Origin: Pseudobdellovibrionaceae bacterium | Lineage (GTDB): Bacteria > Bdellovibrionota > Bdellovibrionia > Bdellovibrionales > Bdellovibrionaceae | Direction: 5' to 3' | Assembly: GCA_043728555.1 (NCBI GenBank) | Contig: JAYTMM010000051.1 | Span: forward strand, 1-37,628 | DNA: 37,628 bases | In this document: piece by piece, positions 9,258-19,098 of the stretch | How positions within the stretch are numbered: the stretch's first letter is position 1 | Layout: each line of letters opens with the position of its first letter | Notes under the pieces: generated by a model | Told to the model about the DNA's origin: nothing | Databases searched by the model: none | What the model saw: the letters and a program-made list of their open reading frames with translations, nothing else | Translations under genes and position numbers: made by a program

Positions 9258-9290
9258 ATAAAAAACAGAGCACTTGGCTCTGTTTTTTAT
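9258..9290. terminator. Bidirectional intrinsic terminator
   Basis: Perfect inverted repeat ATAAAAAACAGAGC-acttg-GCTCTGTTTTTTAT, giving a U-tract on either strand, between convergent genes. Confidence 0.88.
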
Positions 9291-9312
9291 AAGAATAAAA
9301 TTTTATTTTAGC

Positions 9313-10632
9313 TTAAAAATCTAATCTTAAATTCACGTAATACGAATCTGATTTGACTTCGTTCACCGAGAATGGATTCGCACTTGCAGGACCGCAAGGC
9401 TCTGCCGTTAAATGATAATATCCCAGTCGGGCAACCAAGTTTTGTACCAAGTTTTTAGATACAAATAAATGTGTTCCCTTGCTGTTTGGTGTTTTATAAA
9501 ATGGATTAATATTTAAATATGTCCATTCATCTAAATAAAAATTTTCATCTGTTTTAATGTATTCTCCACCAATAATCCACTGATCACCAATTTGTTGATT
9601 GGCCGCAAATAAATATGCAGTGCTATATTGATTTGTAGCTCCAACAACATCTAAATTTTTTGACCAATAAAATAAACCACTCGCCGAAACATTCAGACCT
9701 GCATGAGCAATATCTTCAATACCGACATAGCCCATATTGAATCCACCTTCATAGTGTGGATTATTTGGATTTAAAATTGTGTGATCATTCGGATTATTGA
9801 ATCCATCCCAATAAAACGAACGATAATCGTTTAACATATGTGTGAAATTTATTTTCGAAGCCCAAGATAAATTCGACACTGAGTATTCAGTCAACAAGCT
9901 ATACATTGGCGTATTTGAATCCACTTTATTACCTGAATCTGTCAATTGTCGCGTTCTATCGATAGCCGAAACATTCATGTACGGAGTATAAAATGCGCGC
10001 ACTGATAAATTGTGATCTTTGGGTAATAAATCTGAAAAATCATATACTAAAGCAATACCATCAAAAATCGCATTGAATGCAAGTCTTGGATATGTTCCCT
10101 GTCTTGATAATCCATCCATTTGATTAATCGGCAAACCGTTATTTGTTGGCATACGACCAACTGCAAAAGTCAGCGGAAAATCAAATTTATAACTCATATA
10201 CGCACGATCAAACATTGGTGCAGAACCACCGTAAACAGAACTTCCGGCTTCAGAGGCTGACCAATACCCTGGCGCTTCTTTTCGACCGTCGTTATTCCAA
10301 AACTTACTCATTGCTAATGTTGAATAAAATTTTATTTTTTGGCTGACATTTACATCGACATTTAAAGCGAATGATGTGCTATAAAGTTTCAGTTCGTCTT
10401 TGCTGGCCACTGTCGCTGGCAAACCATATTCTGTCTTGTATGCCTCGTATCGATTTATAAAAACACCCGAGAATGAAAATTTATTCAATAATTTTTGAAT
10501 TTCGATTTCTTGCAAACGATCTTCGATTTTAGACAATCGACTATCTGTAGATTCAATTGTTTCAGCTGCAGAAACTGCATGCCCAAAAATAAAAGCTGAT
10601 ACTGCTAACAATGAGAGTAATTTTGTTTTCAT
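9313..10632 (-). CDS. Outer-membrane beta-barrel, DUF3373-like
   Basis: Signal peptide, short coiled coil (SRLSKIEDRLQEIE), RAYMSY..FAVGRMPTNNG motif, and C-terminal BAM-type signal YYVNLRLDF. Confidence 0.7.
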   Translation of the reverse strand: MKTKLLSLLAVSAFIFGHAVSAAETIESTDSRLSKIEDRLQEIEIQKLLNKFSFSGVFINRYEAYKTEYGLPATVASKDELKLYSTSFALNVDVNVSQKIKFYSTLAMSKFWNNDGRKEAPGYWSASEAGSSVYGGSAPMFDRAYMSYKFDFPLTFAVGRMPTNNGLPINQMDGLSRQGTYPRLAFNAIFDGIALVYDFSDLLPKDHNLSVRAFYTPYMNVSAIDRTRQLTDSGNKVDSNTPMYSLLTEYSVSNLSWASKINFTHMLNDYRSFYWDGFNNPNDHTILNPNNPHYEGGFNMGYVGIEDIAHAGLNVSASGLFYWSKNLDVVGATNQYSTAYLFAANQQIGDQWIIGGEYIKTDENFYLDEWTYLNINPFYKTPNSKGTHLFVSKNLVQNLVARLGYYHLTAEPCGPASANPFSVNEVKSDSYYVNLRLDF

Positions 10633-10877
10633 TTTCCACCTACTACATTTCCTGCATTACCTTTTAAACACTTGATCGTACAACCCTCAAGTTTTACGTC
10701 CACTCCATCATTGCAATCGTAAGCTTTGATCACAGATTCTAAAATCTGAGCGGCTGGTAAATCAATTTTACACTTTTCTTTGACTGCATTTTTGACTTCA
10801 TCAACTTTACCTGCAAAAACAGGTGTTGATAAAAGCAAGGCAGTTAAAACTGCTATACTTCTGATTGTACTTTTCAT
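10629..10877 (-). CDS. Small exported protein with four cysteines
   Basis: GAGG SD; signal peptide ending PVFA; ~60-aa mature part with 4 Cys and no CxxCH; ATGA overlap with the barrel gene. Confidence 0.8.
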   Translation of the reverse strand: MKSTIRSIAVLTALLLSTPVFAGKVDEVKNAVKEKCKIDLPAAQILESVIKAYDCNDGVDVKLEGCTIKCLKGNAGNVVGGK

Positions 10878-10940
10878 TTTAATTCCTCAATAAATGAATT
10901 TTTATTTTTAGCGACACAAAAATGCTATTCTATAGTTGGG

Positions 10941-10968
10941 GAATCGGCAAATCGAAATCAGTTTGTTA
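10941..10968 (-). promoter_or_regulatory. Putative sigma28-like promoter for the small protein/barrel operon
   Basis: The minus strand reads TAAC-N16-GCCGATTC. Confidence 0.45.
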
Positions 10969-11009
10969 AACTATGACACAAGACTAAAATCTAGTTTGTT
11001 AAAAAGATC

Positions 11010-11037
11010 TAAACATATAGTTATTTTTTGCCGAATG
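11010..11037 (+). promoter_or_regulatory. Putative sigma28 promoter for the MCP
   Basis: TAAA-N16-GCCGAATG, 28 nt before the ATG. Confidence 0.55.
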
Positions 11038-11065
11038 AGTTCTGCATATATAACGGAGCAAAACT

Positions 11066-12520
11066 ATGAATACAAAATTTGGAATTAAAACAAAACTACT
11101 GTTTGGCTTTTTGGCAGTTTCTAGTTTGGGTGCACTGATTGGTGCGATTAGTTTTTTTTCGAATCAATCTATTATTCAAAAATACAATCATATTGCGCAA
11201 ATCAACATGGTTCAAAATTCAAACTTGGCAGTGATGTCAAGCAGCGCCAAAGACGTCGTTCGATTTATTGGTAAAATGGGCCACGACCAAATGAGTGCTA
11301 CTGATTTTAATGTTTTGTATAAAGATTTAGATCAGTCTTTTTTAACTTTTAAAAACTCAAATGCAGAATATTTAAAAGTTCCTTTTGCCAATAACGAAAA
11401 AGAACTTCATGCCGCGCTGTTAGATTCATGGTCAAAATTTGTTGATCAAGCCAACGAAATGATTAAGTTGAGCAAAACCGGAAAAGCCGAAGAAACACGA
11501 AAGCTTTTTAAAATTTATTTTTCGGATCTCGAAGACTCAGCACATACATTTTTTACTAATCTGAACAAACTTGAACAACTCCAAAAAGATGAGGCCATCA
11601 TTTGGACAAACAAAGCACAGCAATCAGCGACGACTTCAACAATTTGGACACTCAGCGCCGTCGGATTTGGCATACTGAGTTCGATATTCATCGGTCTTTT
11701 TTTATCGATCGCCTTAAGCAAAGAATTAAATTCAACTTCAGACCAACTCAGTACAGCCAGCAAACATGTCTCTGAAGCGACCGAACAACTCGTTCAATCC
11801 GGCAACAACTTGTCAGATTCATCTCAGAAAACTTCAACTTCGCTGATCAGTATTGTTACCTCTGTGAAAGAAATGTCTAAGTCTGTTGCGCTTAATCTAA
11901 ACAGCTCACAGCAGGCTTCCGACTTATCAAAAGAATCGAATACAAACGCAAAAAAAGGCGAATCAGAAATACAAGATCTGATCACATCAATGACTGATAT
12001 TTCAAATTCATCAAAAAAAATTGCAGAGATCACTTATGTCATCGACGATATTGCATTTCAAACAAATTTATTGGCCCTTAATGCCGCCGTCGAAGCTGCA
12101 CGTGCCGGTGAACAAGGCAAAGGATTCGCCGTTGTCGCAGATGCCGTTCGAACTTTGGCTCAAAAAAGCTCTTCTGCTGCAAAAGATATTAAAAATTTAA
12201 TTCAAAAATCTGTCGAACAAATCGAAAATGGCGGCCAAATTGCTTATAGAAGTGGAACTGTTTTAAATCAGATTACGTCATCAGCTCAAAAGGTTTTGGA
12301 TTTAAATATTGAAATCACATCTGCAAATTCACAACAATCTTCAAACATACAAAAAATTAGTGAAATGTTAGAGCGACTGAATCAAGTGGCTAAAGAAAAT
12401 TCAAAAGATGTTACAGAAATTGTTGGCGCAAATAAAGAAATGATGAAAATGGTCTCTGTTTCAGAAAGAATATCATCAGATCTAAATAATATTGTTGCTG
12501 GAAAACAAAAGTCCGCCTGA
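11066..12520 (+). CDS. Methyl-accepting chemotaxis protein with four-helix-bundle sensor
   Basis: 2 TMs; [43 protein letters not shown]; GGAG SD. Confidence 0.95.
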   Translation: MNTKFGIKTKLLFGFLAVSSLGALIGAISFFSNQSIIQKYNHIAQINMVQNSNLAVMSSSAKDVVRFIGKMGHDQMSATDFNVLYKDLDQSFLTFKNSNAEYLKVPFANNEKELHAALLDSWSKFVDQANEMIKLSKTGKAEETRKLFKIYFSDLEDSAHTFFTNLNKLEQLQKDEAIIWTNKAQQSATTSTIWTLSAVGFGILSSIFIGLFLSIALSKELNSTSDQLSTASKHVSEATEQLVQSGNNLSDSSQKTSTSLISIVTSVKEMSKSVALNLNSSQQASDLSKESNTNAKKGESEIQDLITSMTDISNSSKKIAEITYVIDDIAFQTNLLALNAAVEAARAGEQGKGFAVVADAVRTLAQKSSSAAKDIKNLIQKSVEQIENGGQIAYRSGTVLNQITSSAQKVLDLNIEITSANSQQSSNIQKISEMLERLNQVAKENSKDVTEIVGANKEMMKMVSVSERISSDLNNIVAGKQKSA

Positions 12521-12557
12521 CCTAAGTCCAGATCAGAATAAAAACACAAACAACCTC

Positions 12558-12586
12558 TCGATATACAGGAAAATATTTCCTATACT
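12558..12586 (+). promoter_or_regulatory. Putative sigma70 promoter for divIVA
   Basis: TCGATA-N17-TATACT. Confidence 0.4.
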
Positions 12587-12632
12587 TAGGGTTGTACTGT
12601 TTCCAGTTCAAGGACGAACACGGAGGTCACTG

Positions 12633-13118
12633 ATGAAATATTATCCGGCTGAAATTCAAGCTAAAACTTTTGATCGCAAAATGATGGGCTATGATCCCGA
12701 TCAAGTTGAAAATTTTTTAATTGTCATTGCTGCGCAATTAGAAGTTCTTATGCAAGAACGTGTCGCGCTGAAGGATGCTTTGAAAAATAAAGAACTTGAT
12801 ATCTTGAATTTCAAAGATCGCGAACAACTTTTACAGCAAACAATGACTCAATCCACAGCGATCACCGAAAAAATGAAATCCGAAACTGATCGCGAATGTA
12901 AATTAATTATCAATGATGCCAGTCAAAAAGCAGATATGATTACTCGTGATGCAAAAGATTCATTACGAAAAATTTATAGCGAAATTGCTGATCTGAAAAA
13001 ATCACGCATGCAATTTGAAGCTAATTTAAAAGCGATGGCGCAAGCCCATTTATCTTTACTTGAACAAGCTGATCAGTTTTTGCCACGCATGCGCATGGCC
13101 AATATTGATATGGAATAG
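12633..13118 (+). CDS. divIVA: DivIVA domain protein
   Basis: Start moved to ATG 12633 (GGAGG SD at 12622-12626). PAEIQAKTFDRKMMGYDPDQVENFL signature followed by coiled coil. Confidence 0.92.
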   Translation: MKYYPAEIQAKTFDRKMMGYDPDQVENFLIVIAAQLEVLMQERVALKDALKNKELDILNFKDREQLLQQTMTQSTAITEKMKSETDRECKLIINDASQKADMITRDAKDSLRKIYSEIADLKKSRMQFEANLKAMAQAHLSLLEQADQFLPRMRMANIDME

Positions 13119-13128
13119 CCTTAAACGG

Positions 13129-14301
13129 CTATTTTTTCTTTTTTAATTTAATTTTATATTCGCCGTCTTTGATTTTTTTCTTGATTTGAATTTGCTCAAG
13201 TTCGGCATCAGTTGCTGTTGTATTTTCTAAATTTTGCGCCGAGCCATCGACTTGGTTAATATACTCCTTCTGCACAGGAGCTACGGGCTTAAAGTACTCT
13301 TGATTGACGCCATCATTCGTATCTTCTTTGAAATCAGTCGGTGTTGGTTCGCGCGAAATCGTATTCAAATTTTCTGTTGTTTGCTTTTTATTTTTTGTTT
13401 TTTGTACGCTGTGATTTCCAGATTTACCACCATAATTAAAATTAATTGCGACTCCGGCATTGTAGCCGACAGCTGAATTTGAACCCAGTAATGTATAGCC
13501 GCCGAAGAGTTTAAATAATAAATTTTCATTTGCAGAAAAATTCATATTTAGTTCTAAATCTGTTGAATTTGGATTTACGGCGAAATATTTTTTACTGCCG
13601 GCATTGACTCTGTTATTTACGGCGTCTCTGACGCTTGATGAATTTGTTTGATCGTCGTCTTTGATAGATGATCGTCCTAGCACAGAAATACCCAAACCGA
13701 TTTCGGAAAATCGAGCTTCGATTCCAGCTGCGTACGTTGCTAACATTGATAATCCGTTGGATCGATAGTTCAATCCACCTGATGCGTATGGGTACAAGCC
13801 ATCAAAATTAAACCGAATAATTGCTTCTGGTTTAATTTCAGTCGCCGCATCAGAATTTGAAGCTGAATCCGTATTAAATTCTGTTTTTTCTAATGAATGT
13901 GAATAGATCAATCTAAAAAATGCTTCGTGAATATCTGAATTCCAAAATAAATAATCAGCACCTACATCAATGCGATTTAAGGTTGAATTTTTTCTGGTCG
14001 ACAACGCATCGCTTGATTCAGACGACGCGATATTTACACCAGCGATGAAGCCTATGTCTTCGATCAATTCCCATCTGAATGTGGGCGTCACTTCGATATT
14101 TTGAAATGAATTACTTCCCAGCAATGTTTGCTGGCTGCCATCAGCCATAAAATTGGCCTGTGATTTAAAATAATTCGTTGTTAAATCAAAATCGATTCGA
14201 TTTTTTTTAAAAACTTGATACGGGTTATTCGCTAGTGAATTTTCTGACAGAAAAAATAGCGCGGCGACGGATACGAATATAAATTGTGATGTTTTTTTCA
14301 T
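13129..14301 (-). CDS. Exported, probable beta-barrel protein with a long charged C-terminal tail
   Basis: Signal peptide; alternating beta-strand pattern up to YNAGVAINFNY; then ~100 low-complexity residues ending KIKLKKKK. Confidence 0.65.
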   Translation of the reverse strand: MKKTSQFIFVSVAALFFLSENSLANNPYQVFKKNRIDFDLTTNYFKSQANFMADGSQQTLLGSNSFQNIEVTPTFRWELIEDIGFIAGVNIASSESSDALSTRKNSTLNRIDVGADYLFWNSDIHEAFFRLIYSHSLEKTEFNTDSASNSDAATEIKPEAIIRFNFDGLYPYASGGLNYRSNGLSMLATYAAGIEARFSEIGLGISVLGRSSIKDDDQTNSSSVRDAVNNRVNAGSKKYFAVNPNSTDLELNMNFSANENLLFKLFGGYTLLGSNSAVGYNAGVAINFNYGGKSGNHSVQKTKNKKQTTENLNTISREPTPTDFKEDTNDGVNQEYFKPVAPVQKEYINQVDGSAQNLENTTATDAELEQIQIKKKIKDGEYKIKLKKKK

Positions 14302-14369
14302 AGCTTTTTAAGCTTATTACGGTTCTAATTGGTATTGCAGATAATATTAAAAATCAAAGGACCAAAGTC

Positions 14370-15632
14370 TTGAAAAAACCACAAGTTGTTATTTTTTTAA
14401 CGGTATTTATTTATCTTTTGGGCTTTGGAATGATTATTCCAATTTTGCCTTTGCTCAGCACGCACTACGGCGCCAGTGCGTTTCAAGCTGGACTTTTAAT
14501 GTCGGTTTATTCATTGATGCAATTTATTTTTTCTCCGATGTGGGGAAAGCTCAGCGACAAAATCGGTCGCCGACCGATTTTAATGTACTGTTTATTGGGT
14601 GAAGCCGTTTCATATATTTTGTTGGCGCAATCCCGGTCATTAGAAATGCTTTTTGTTTCCAGAATATTAACAGGTTTTTTTGGCGCTTCAATTTCAACTG
14701 CGTCAGCATATATTTCTGATATCACTCCGCCCAATGAAAGATCCAAAGGAATGGCTTTGATCGGTGCAGCTTTTGGCATGGGATTTTTATTTGGCCCTGC
14801 GATTGGTGGCGGGTTAACTTACTATGCTGAATCAATTTCAACAGATATGAATTTTATCACAGGTTTTTCGTCTTACGGAGTCGCATTATTATGCGTTGGA
14901 ACTTTTATATTTGCATATTTTAATTTGAAAGAAAGCTTAGTCAAAAAAACAGATGATAAAAACTCTGAACCAAAATCTGAAGCCAAAAAGTTAAATCGTA
15001 TCGAAAGTATTTCAAAATTTATAAATATGCCGGTTGTTGGCTCTTTAATTTTTACATTTGGCTTAGCAACGCTTGCGATGTCGATGATGGAAGCGACTTT
15101 AGTTTTATTTATGAAAGATAAATTCGGCTGGGGCATCAAAGAAGTCAGTTTCGGTTTTGCCTATGTTGGAATCTGTATCGTTATTACCCAAGGATTTTTA
15201 GTCCGAAAATTAATTCCTAAAATCGGCGAACGAAATGTATTGCGTATTGGTTTAACATGCATGGCGATAGGACTTACTGGAATTGCTTTTGCAAAACATA
15301 TTTGGATGATGGCGATTGTTCAAACTTTTCTAGCGGTCGGAAATGGTTTCACAAATCCATCGATCATGGGTAGCGTTTCATTATTAGTGCCACCGGATGA
15401 ACAGGGCGCAGCACTTGGCACAACACAAAGTTTATCCGCATTGGGTCGAGTGATTGGCCCTGCATTGGGTGGTTTATTATTCGGATCATTATGGGCGGGA
15501 TCGCCCTTTGTCATTTCAGGATTATTTGTTGTTTGCGCGCTAGTTTTAGTTTTATCTGTGTATTCAAAATTACCTATGGCGGGGAAGAAAACTGAGCCAA
15601 TTACAGAAATAGTGCCCATAAATGCTGAATAA
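14370..15632 (+). CDS. TetA/DHA1-like MFS transporter
   Basis: Motif A WGKLSDKIGRRP; motif C GFLFGPAIGG; ~12 TMs; TTG start with AGGA upstream. Confidence 0.93.
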   Translation: MKKPQVVIFLTVFIYLLGFGMIIPILPLLSTHYGASAFQAGLLMSVYSLMQFIFSPMWGKLSDKIGRRPILMYCLLGEAVSYILLAQSRSLEMLFVSRILTGFFGASISTASAYISDITPPNERSKGMALIGAAFGMGFLFGPAIGGGLTYYAESISTDMNFITGFSSYGVALLCVGTFIFAYFNLKESLVKKTDDKNSEPKSEAKKLNRIESISKFINMPVVGSLIFTFGLATLAMSMMEATLVLFMKDKFGWGIKEVSFGFAYVGICIVITQGFLVRKLIPKIGERNVLRIGLTCMAIGLTGIAFAKHIWMMAIVQTFLAVGNGFTNPSIMGSVSLLVPPDEQGAALGTTQSLSALGRVIGPALGGLLFGSLWAGSPFVISGLFVVCALVLVLSVYSKLPMAGKKTEPITEIVPINAE

Positions 15633-15954
15633 AATTGGTTACTATCAATTCGATAATTTAGTCAAAAACAGAATCCCGTTCATGTTTATAAATTTAGGTG
15701 AAGACATTTCACATTGGTATCAATCTATTTTTAAATTGCACATTCAAACGCATCAAATTTTAACGACCTTAGACCAAGCCGAAAAGCTTTTAACAGACAA
15801 AGAAATCCCTAAAGACTTTGCGATTTTATTATTATGCCAGAACGGCAAACAATCTGAAAATTTCGTGGGTTACCTTGAAAAAAATGGTTATACGAACGTC
15901 TATCTTGTGGATGGCGGCATTCAGCAAATGGTGACTGATAAAGAAAATTCGTGA
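15622..15954 (+). CDS. Rhodanese-like domain protein
   Basis: LLLCQNGKQS...GYTNVYLVDGG. Confidence 0.8.
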   Translation: MLNKIGYYQFDNLVKNRIPFMFINLGEDISHWYQSIFKLHIQTHQILTTLDQAEKLLTDKEIPKDFAILLLCQNGKQSENFVGYLEKNGYTNVYLVDGGIQQMVTDKENS

Positions 15955-15981
15955 TATCTTTTTGTAAACAACGTTTACAGG

Positions 15982-18732
15982 ATGTGTAACTCGACTATGA
16001 CTACAAATGACGAAACAAATATTCCAACAGACAAATTAGCAAATCCAAACGCCTTATCTGATCGTTACAACCCAACAGATGTCGAAGATCGCACGTATCA
16101 GTGGTGGGAAAAATCGGGTTACTTTAAAGCCCAAGATAAATCGACAAAACCTCCGTTTTCAATTATTTTGCCACCACCGAATGTCACAGGTTTCTTACAT
16201 CTGGGACATGCGCTGGATCACACGATTCAAGATTTATTGATTCGCTGGAAACGCATGAGCGGATTCAATGCGATGTGGTTACCTGGAACAGATCATGCGG
16301 GAATCGCGACACAAACTGTTGTTGAAAAAGAATTAAAAAAACAAGACATCACCCGACACCAATTAGGTCGCGAAAAATTTGTCGAAAAAGTTTGGGATTG
16401 GAAACATCAATACGGAGATCGCATCTATAAACAAATGCGCGGCCTGGGTGATTCATGCGATTGGGATCGCGCGACTTTTACATTAGATGACGGCGTTTCC
16501 AAAGCTGTCAGAAAAACTTTTGTTTCATTATATAAAAAAAATACGATTTATAAAGGCAAACGTTTGGTGAACTGGAGCGGCCCACTGGAATCTGCAATTT
16601 CAGATCTGGAAGTCGAACATCAACAGACAAAAAGTTTTATGTACCACATCAATTACCCTGTTGATGGCACAGATTTATTATTAACAATTGCCACCACACG
16701 GCCCGAGACAATGCTGGTTGATACCGCAGTTTGTGTTCACCCAGATGATGAACGTTATCAAAATTTAATTGGCAAAACAGTTACAGTTCCTTTAATTAAC
16801 AGAAAAATTAAAATTATTGCGGATACCTATGTTGATCAAACGTTCGGATCAGGTGTTGTTAAAATTACTCCGGCCCATGATTTTAATGATTATAAAATTG
16901 GTAAAACTCACAAACTGGAATTCATAAATATTCTGACAAAAAAATGTGAACTGAATGAAAACGCAGGGCCCTATCAGGGATTAAAAATTCCTGAAGCACG
17001 TAAAAAAATATTAGAAGATTTAAAAAATCTAGGTTTATTCGTCAAAGAAGAACCACACATGAATAACATCGGTTATTGTTCACGAACAAATGCTGTCGTT
17101 GAACCGATGTTATCAGATCAATGGTTTATGAAAATGGATGAGCTTGCAATTCCTGCAAAGCGTGTTGTTGAATCGGGTATAATTCGTTTTGAACCGGAGT
17201 CGTGGGGCAAAGTTTATCTGCATTGGATGAACATCATCGAAGACTGGTGTATTTCACGCCAGCTGTGGTGGGGGCACCGGATTCCGGCATGGCACTGTGC
17301 AGATTGTGAAAAACATACTGTCGCAGAAATCGATCCCACAGCGTGCGAACACTGCTGCAGCACAAAAATTTCACAAGAAGACGATGTTCTGGATACATGG
17401 TTCAGTTCTGCACTGTGGCCGTTTTCAACAATGGGTTGGCCGAATGAATCTGAACATTCCGTAGAAACTCAAAAAACTTTTTATCCAACCAGTTACTTAG
17501 TCACAGGCCACGATATTATTTTCTTTTGGGTCGCTCGAATGGTCTTATTAAGTTTGGAATTTAAAAAAGATGTTCCATTTCGAACAGTTTATATTCATGG
17601 TTTAGTTCGCGATAGCAAGGGCATTAAAATGTCAAAGTCATTGGGAAATTCCATTGATCCCTTTGATATGATCAATAAATACGGCGCTGATGCCTTGCGA
17701 TTTAGTTTCTTGGCGCATTTATTTAGTGGCAAAGATTTTAAATTTTCTGAACAACGTCTTGAAGGTTACAGAAACTTCATGAACAAAGTATGGAACGGTT
17801 CACGATTTGCTTTATCTAATTTAGCAGATTTTATAGCTCCGCCAGAGGGCACTAAAGCATTGCCTGAAAAAATTCACACCAGCGTTTTTGACCAATGGAT
17901 TATTGCCAAACTTTATGATGTTGAAAAACAAGTTAACGCAGCACTTGAGAAAGAAAAATTTTCTGACGCCGCGACCGCATTGTATCAATTTATTTGGAAT
18001 CAATTTTGCGATTGGTATATTGAATTTACAAAACCAATTTTAACAGGCAGTGATGCCAACGAGAAAAAAGCAACTCAGCTGGTGATGGCCCAAATGCTCA
18101 ATCGCATCGTAAGACTTTTACATCCGTTTTGCCCGTTCATCACAGAAGAGATTTATTCAAAATTACCAATTAAAAACGAAGCTTGCATTATTGATCAATA
18201 CCCAACCATCGAAAATGACAAATTATTTTTAGCTATTGGCAACAAACAGGCCGAACACGAAATTGATGTTGTCAAAGAAGTCATTACAGCCATCAGAAAT
18301 ATTCGCGGAGAAAATCGCATCAGTCCCGCAATTAAATTATCTGTACGACTGGGTACTGATCAAGCCAGTGTTCAACAAATATTAAATAACAACAAAACAG
18401 CATTAATGACATTAGGTCGACTGCAAAATTGTGATATAGGTGAAGATGGCGATTTAATGAAATGTGCTGTCAGCACAATCGTCGTTAGCGGCGATAAAGT
18501 TAAAATTATTATTCCGCTTGAAGGTCTAGTTGATTTTAATGAAGAAATTAAGCGTATTCAAAAAACAATCGAAAAGCTTGAAAAAGATGTTTCGGTTTTG
18601 AATGCAAAGCTGTCGAATGAAAAATTTGTAGCTAATGCAGACCAAGATGTGATAGCCAATGATCGCGTATTGATGGCTCAATCAAAAGATCAAATTATTT
18701 CAATGAAAGAATCGTTAACACGTTTTCAATAA
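15982..18732 (+). CDS. valS: Valine--tRNA ligase
   Basis: PPPNVTGFLHLGH, GTDHAGIATQ, DWCISRQLWWGH, KMSKS and C-terminal coiled coil. The start may be ATG 15997. Confidence 0.98.
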   Translation: MCNSTMTTNDETNIPTDKLANPNALSDRYNPTDVEDRTYQWWEKSGYFKAQDKSTKPPFSIILPPPNVTGFLHLGHALDHTIQDLLIRWKRMSGFNAMWLPGTDHAGIATQTVVEKELKKQDITRHQLGREKFVEKVWDWKHQYGDRIYKQMRGLGDSCDWDRATFTLDDGVSKAVRKTFVSLYKKNTIYKGKRLVNWSGPLESAISDLEVEHQQTKSFMYHINYPVDGTDLLLTIATTRPETMLVDTAVCVHPDDERYQNLIGKTVTVPLINRKIKIIADTYVDQTFGSGVVKITPAHDFNDYKIGKTHKLEFINILTKKCELNENAGPYQGLKIPEARKKILEDLKNLGLFVKEEPHMNNIGYCSRTNAVVEPMLSDQWFMKMDELAIPAKRVVESGIIRFEPESWGKVYLHWMNIIEDWCISRQLWWGHRIPAWHCADCEKHTVAEIDPTACEHCCSTKISQEDDVLDTWFSSALWPFSTMGWPNESEHSVETQKTFYPTSYLVTGHDIIFFWVARMVLLSLEFKKDVPFRTVYIHGLVRDSKGIKMSKSLGNSIDPFDMINKYGADALRFSFLAHLFSGKDFKFSEQRLEGYRNFMNKVWNGSRFALSNLADFIAPPEGTKALPEKIHTSVFDQWIIAKLYDVEKQVNAALEKEKFSDAATALYQFIWNQFCDWYIEFTKPILTGSDANEKKATQLVMAQMLNRIVRLLHPFCPFITEEIYSKLPIKNEACIIDQYPTIENDKLFLAIGNKQAEHEIDVVKEVITAIRNIRGENRISPAIKLSVRLGTDQASVQQILNNNKTALMTLGRLQNCDIGEDGDLMKCAVSTIVVSGDKVKIIIPLEGLVDFNEEIKRIQKTIEKLEKDVSVLNAKLSNEKFVANADQDVIANDRVLMAQSKDQIISMKESLTRFQ

Positions 18733-19098
18733 TTAAGCGGCACTAGTGTGCTTCGCTGACGAAATGTATTGGTGAATTTCAGAATTAAATTCATCGATAC
18801 ATTTTTTAGCGGGCCAATACAATTGCAGCGATTCATCAAATTTATCAGCCTTAGCTAGCAATTCAATTTTTTTCAACGTCGTACATAATTCAACACAACC
18901 AAAAACTGAAATCGAACCCTTTAGTGCATGTATTCGTCGGCCAAATTCATGGCTGTTTTTTACTGAAATTAAATTTTGTATGTTTTTAATTTGGTCGGGA
19001 AATTCAGTCAAAAAAATATTCATCATCTGCGCCGCTAGTGTCGGATCAATGATTTCAAGGTTTTTTAAGCTCTCCAACGATAAATGTTTATAATTCAT
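18733..19098 (-). CDS. Stand-alone Hpt phosphotransfer protein
   Basis: IHALKGSISVFG; coupled to the upstream kinase (TAATG). Confidence 0.88.
   Translation of the reverse strand: MNYKHLSLESLKNLEIIDPTLAAQMMNIFLTEFPDQIKNIQNLISVKNSHEFGRRIHALKGSISVFGCVELCTTLKKIELLAKADKFDESLQLYWPAKKCIDEFNSEIHQYISSAKHTSAA

Noticed and set aside
10629-10877. Small cytochrome c partner of the barrel
   Set aside because: There is no CxxCH motif and no His in the protein.
12492-12632. N-terminal extension of DivIVA in the ORF track
   Set aside because: The GGAGG SD and the domain start support ATG 12633.
14370-15632. Acquired tetracycline resistance gene
   Set aside because: It is a generic DHA1 MFS in a housekeeping operon, with no tetR or mobile context.
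15955-15996. T-box or attenuator before valS; inverted repeat TGTAAAC-AAC-GTTTACA (15963-15979)
   Set aside because: The intergenic gap is too short for a T-box and the hairpin is weak with no U-tract. It could be an operator, but nothing supports that.
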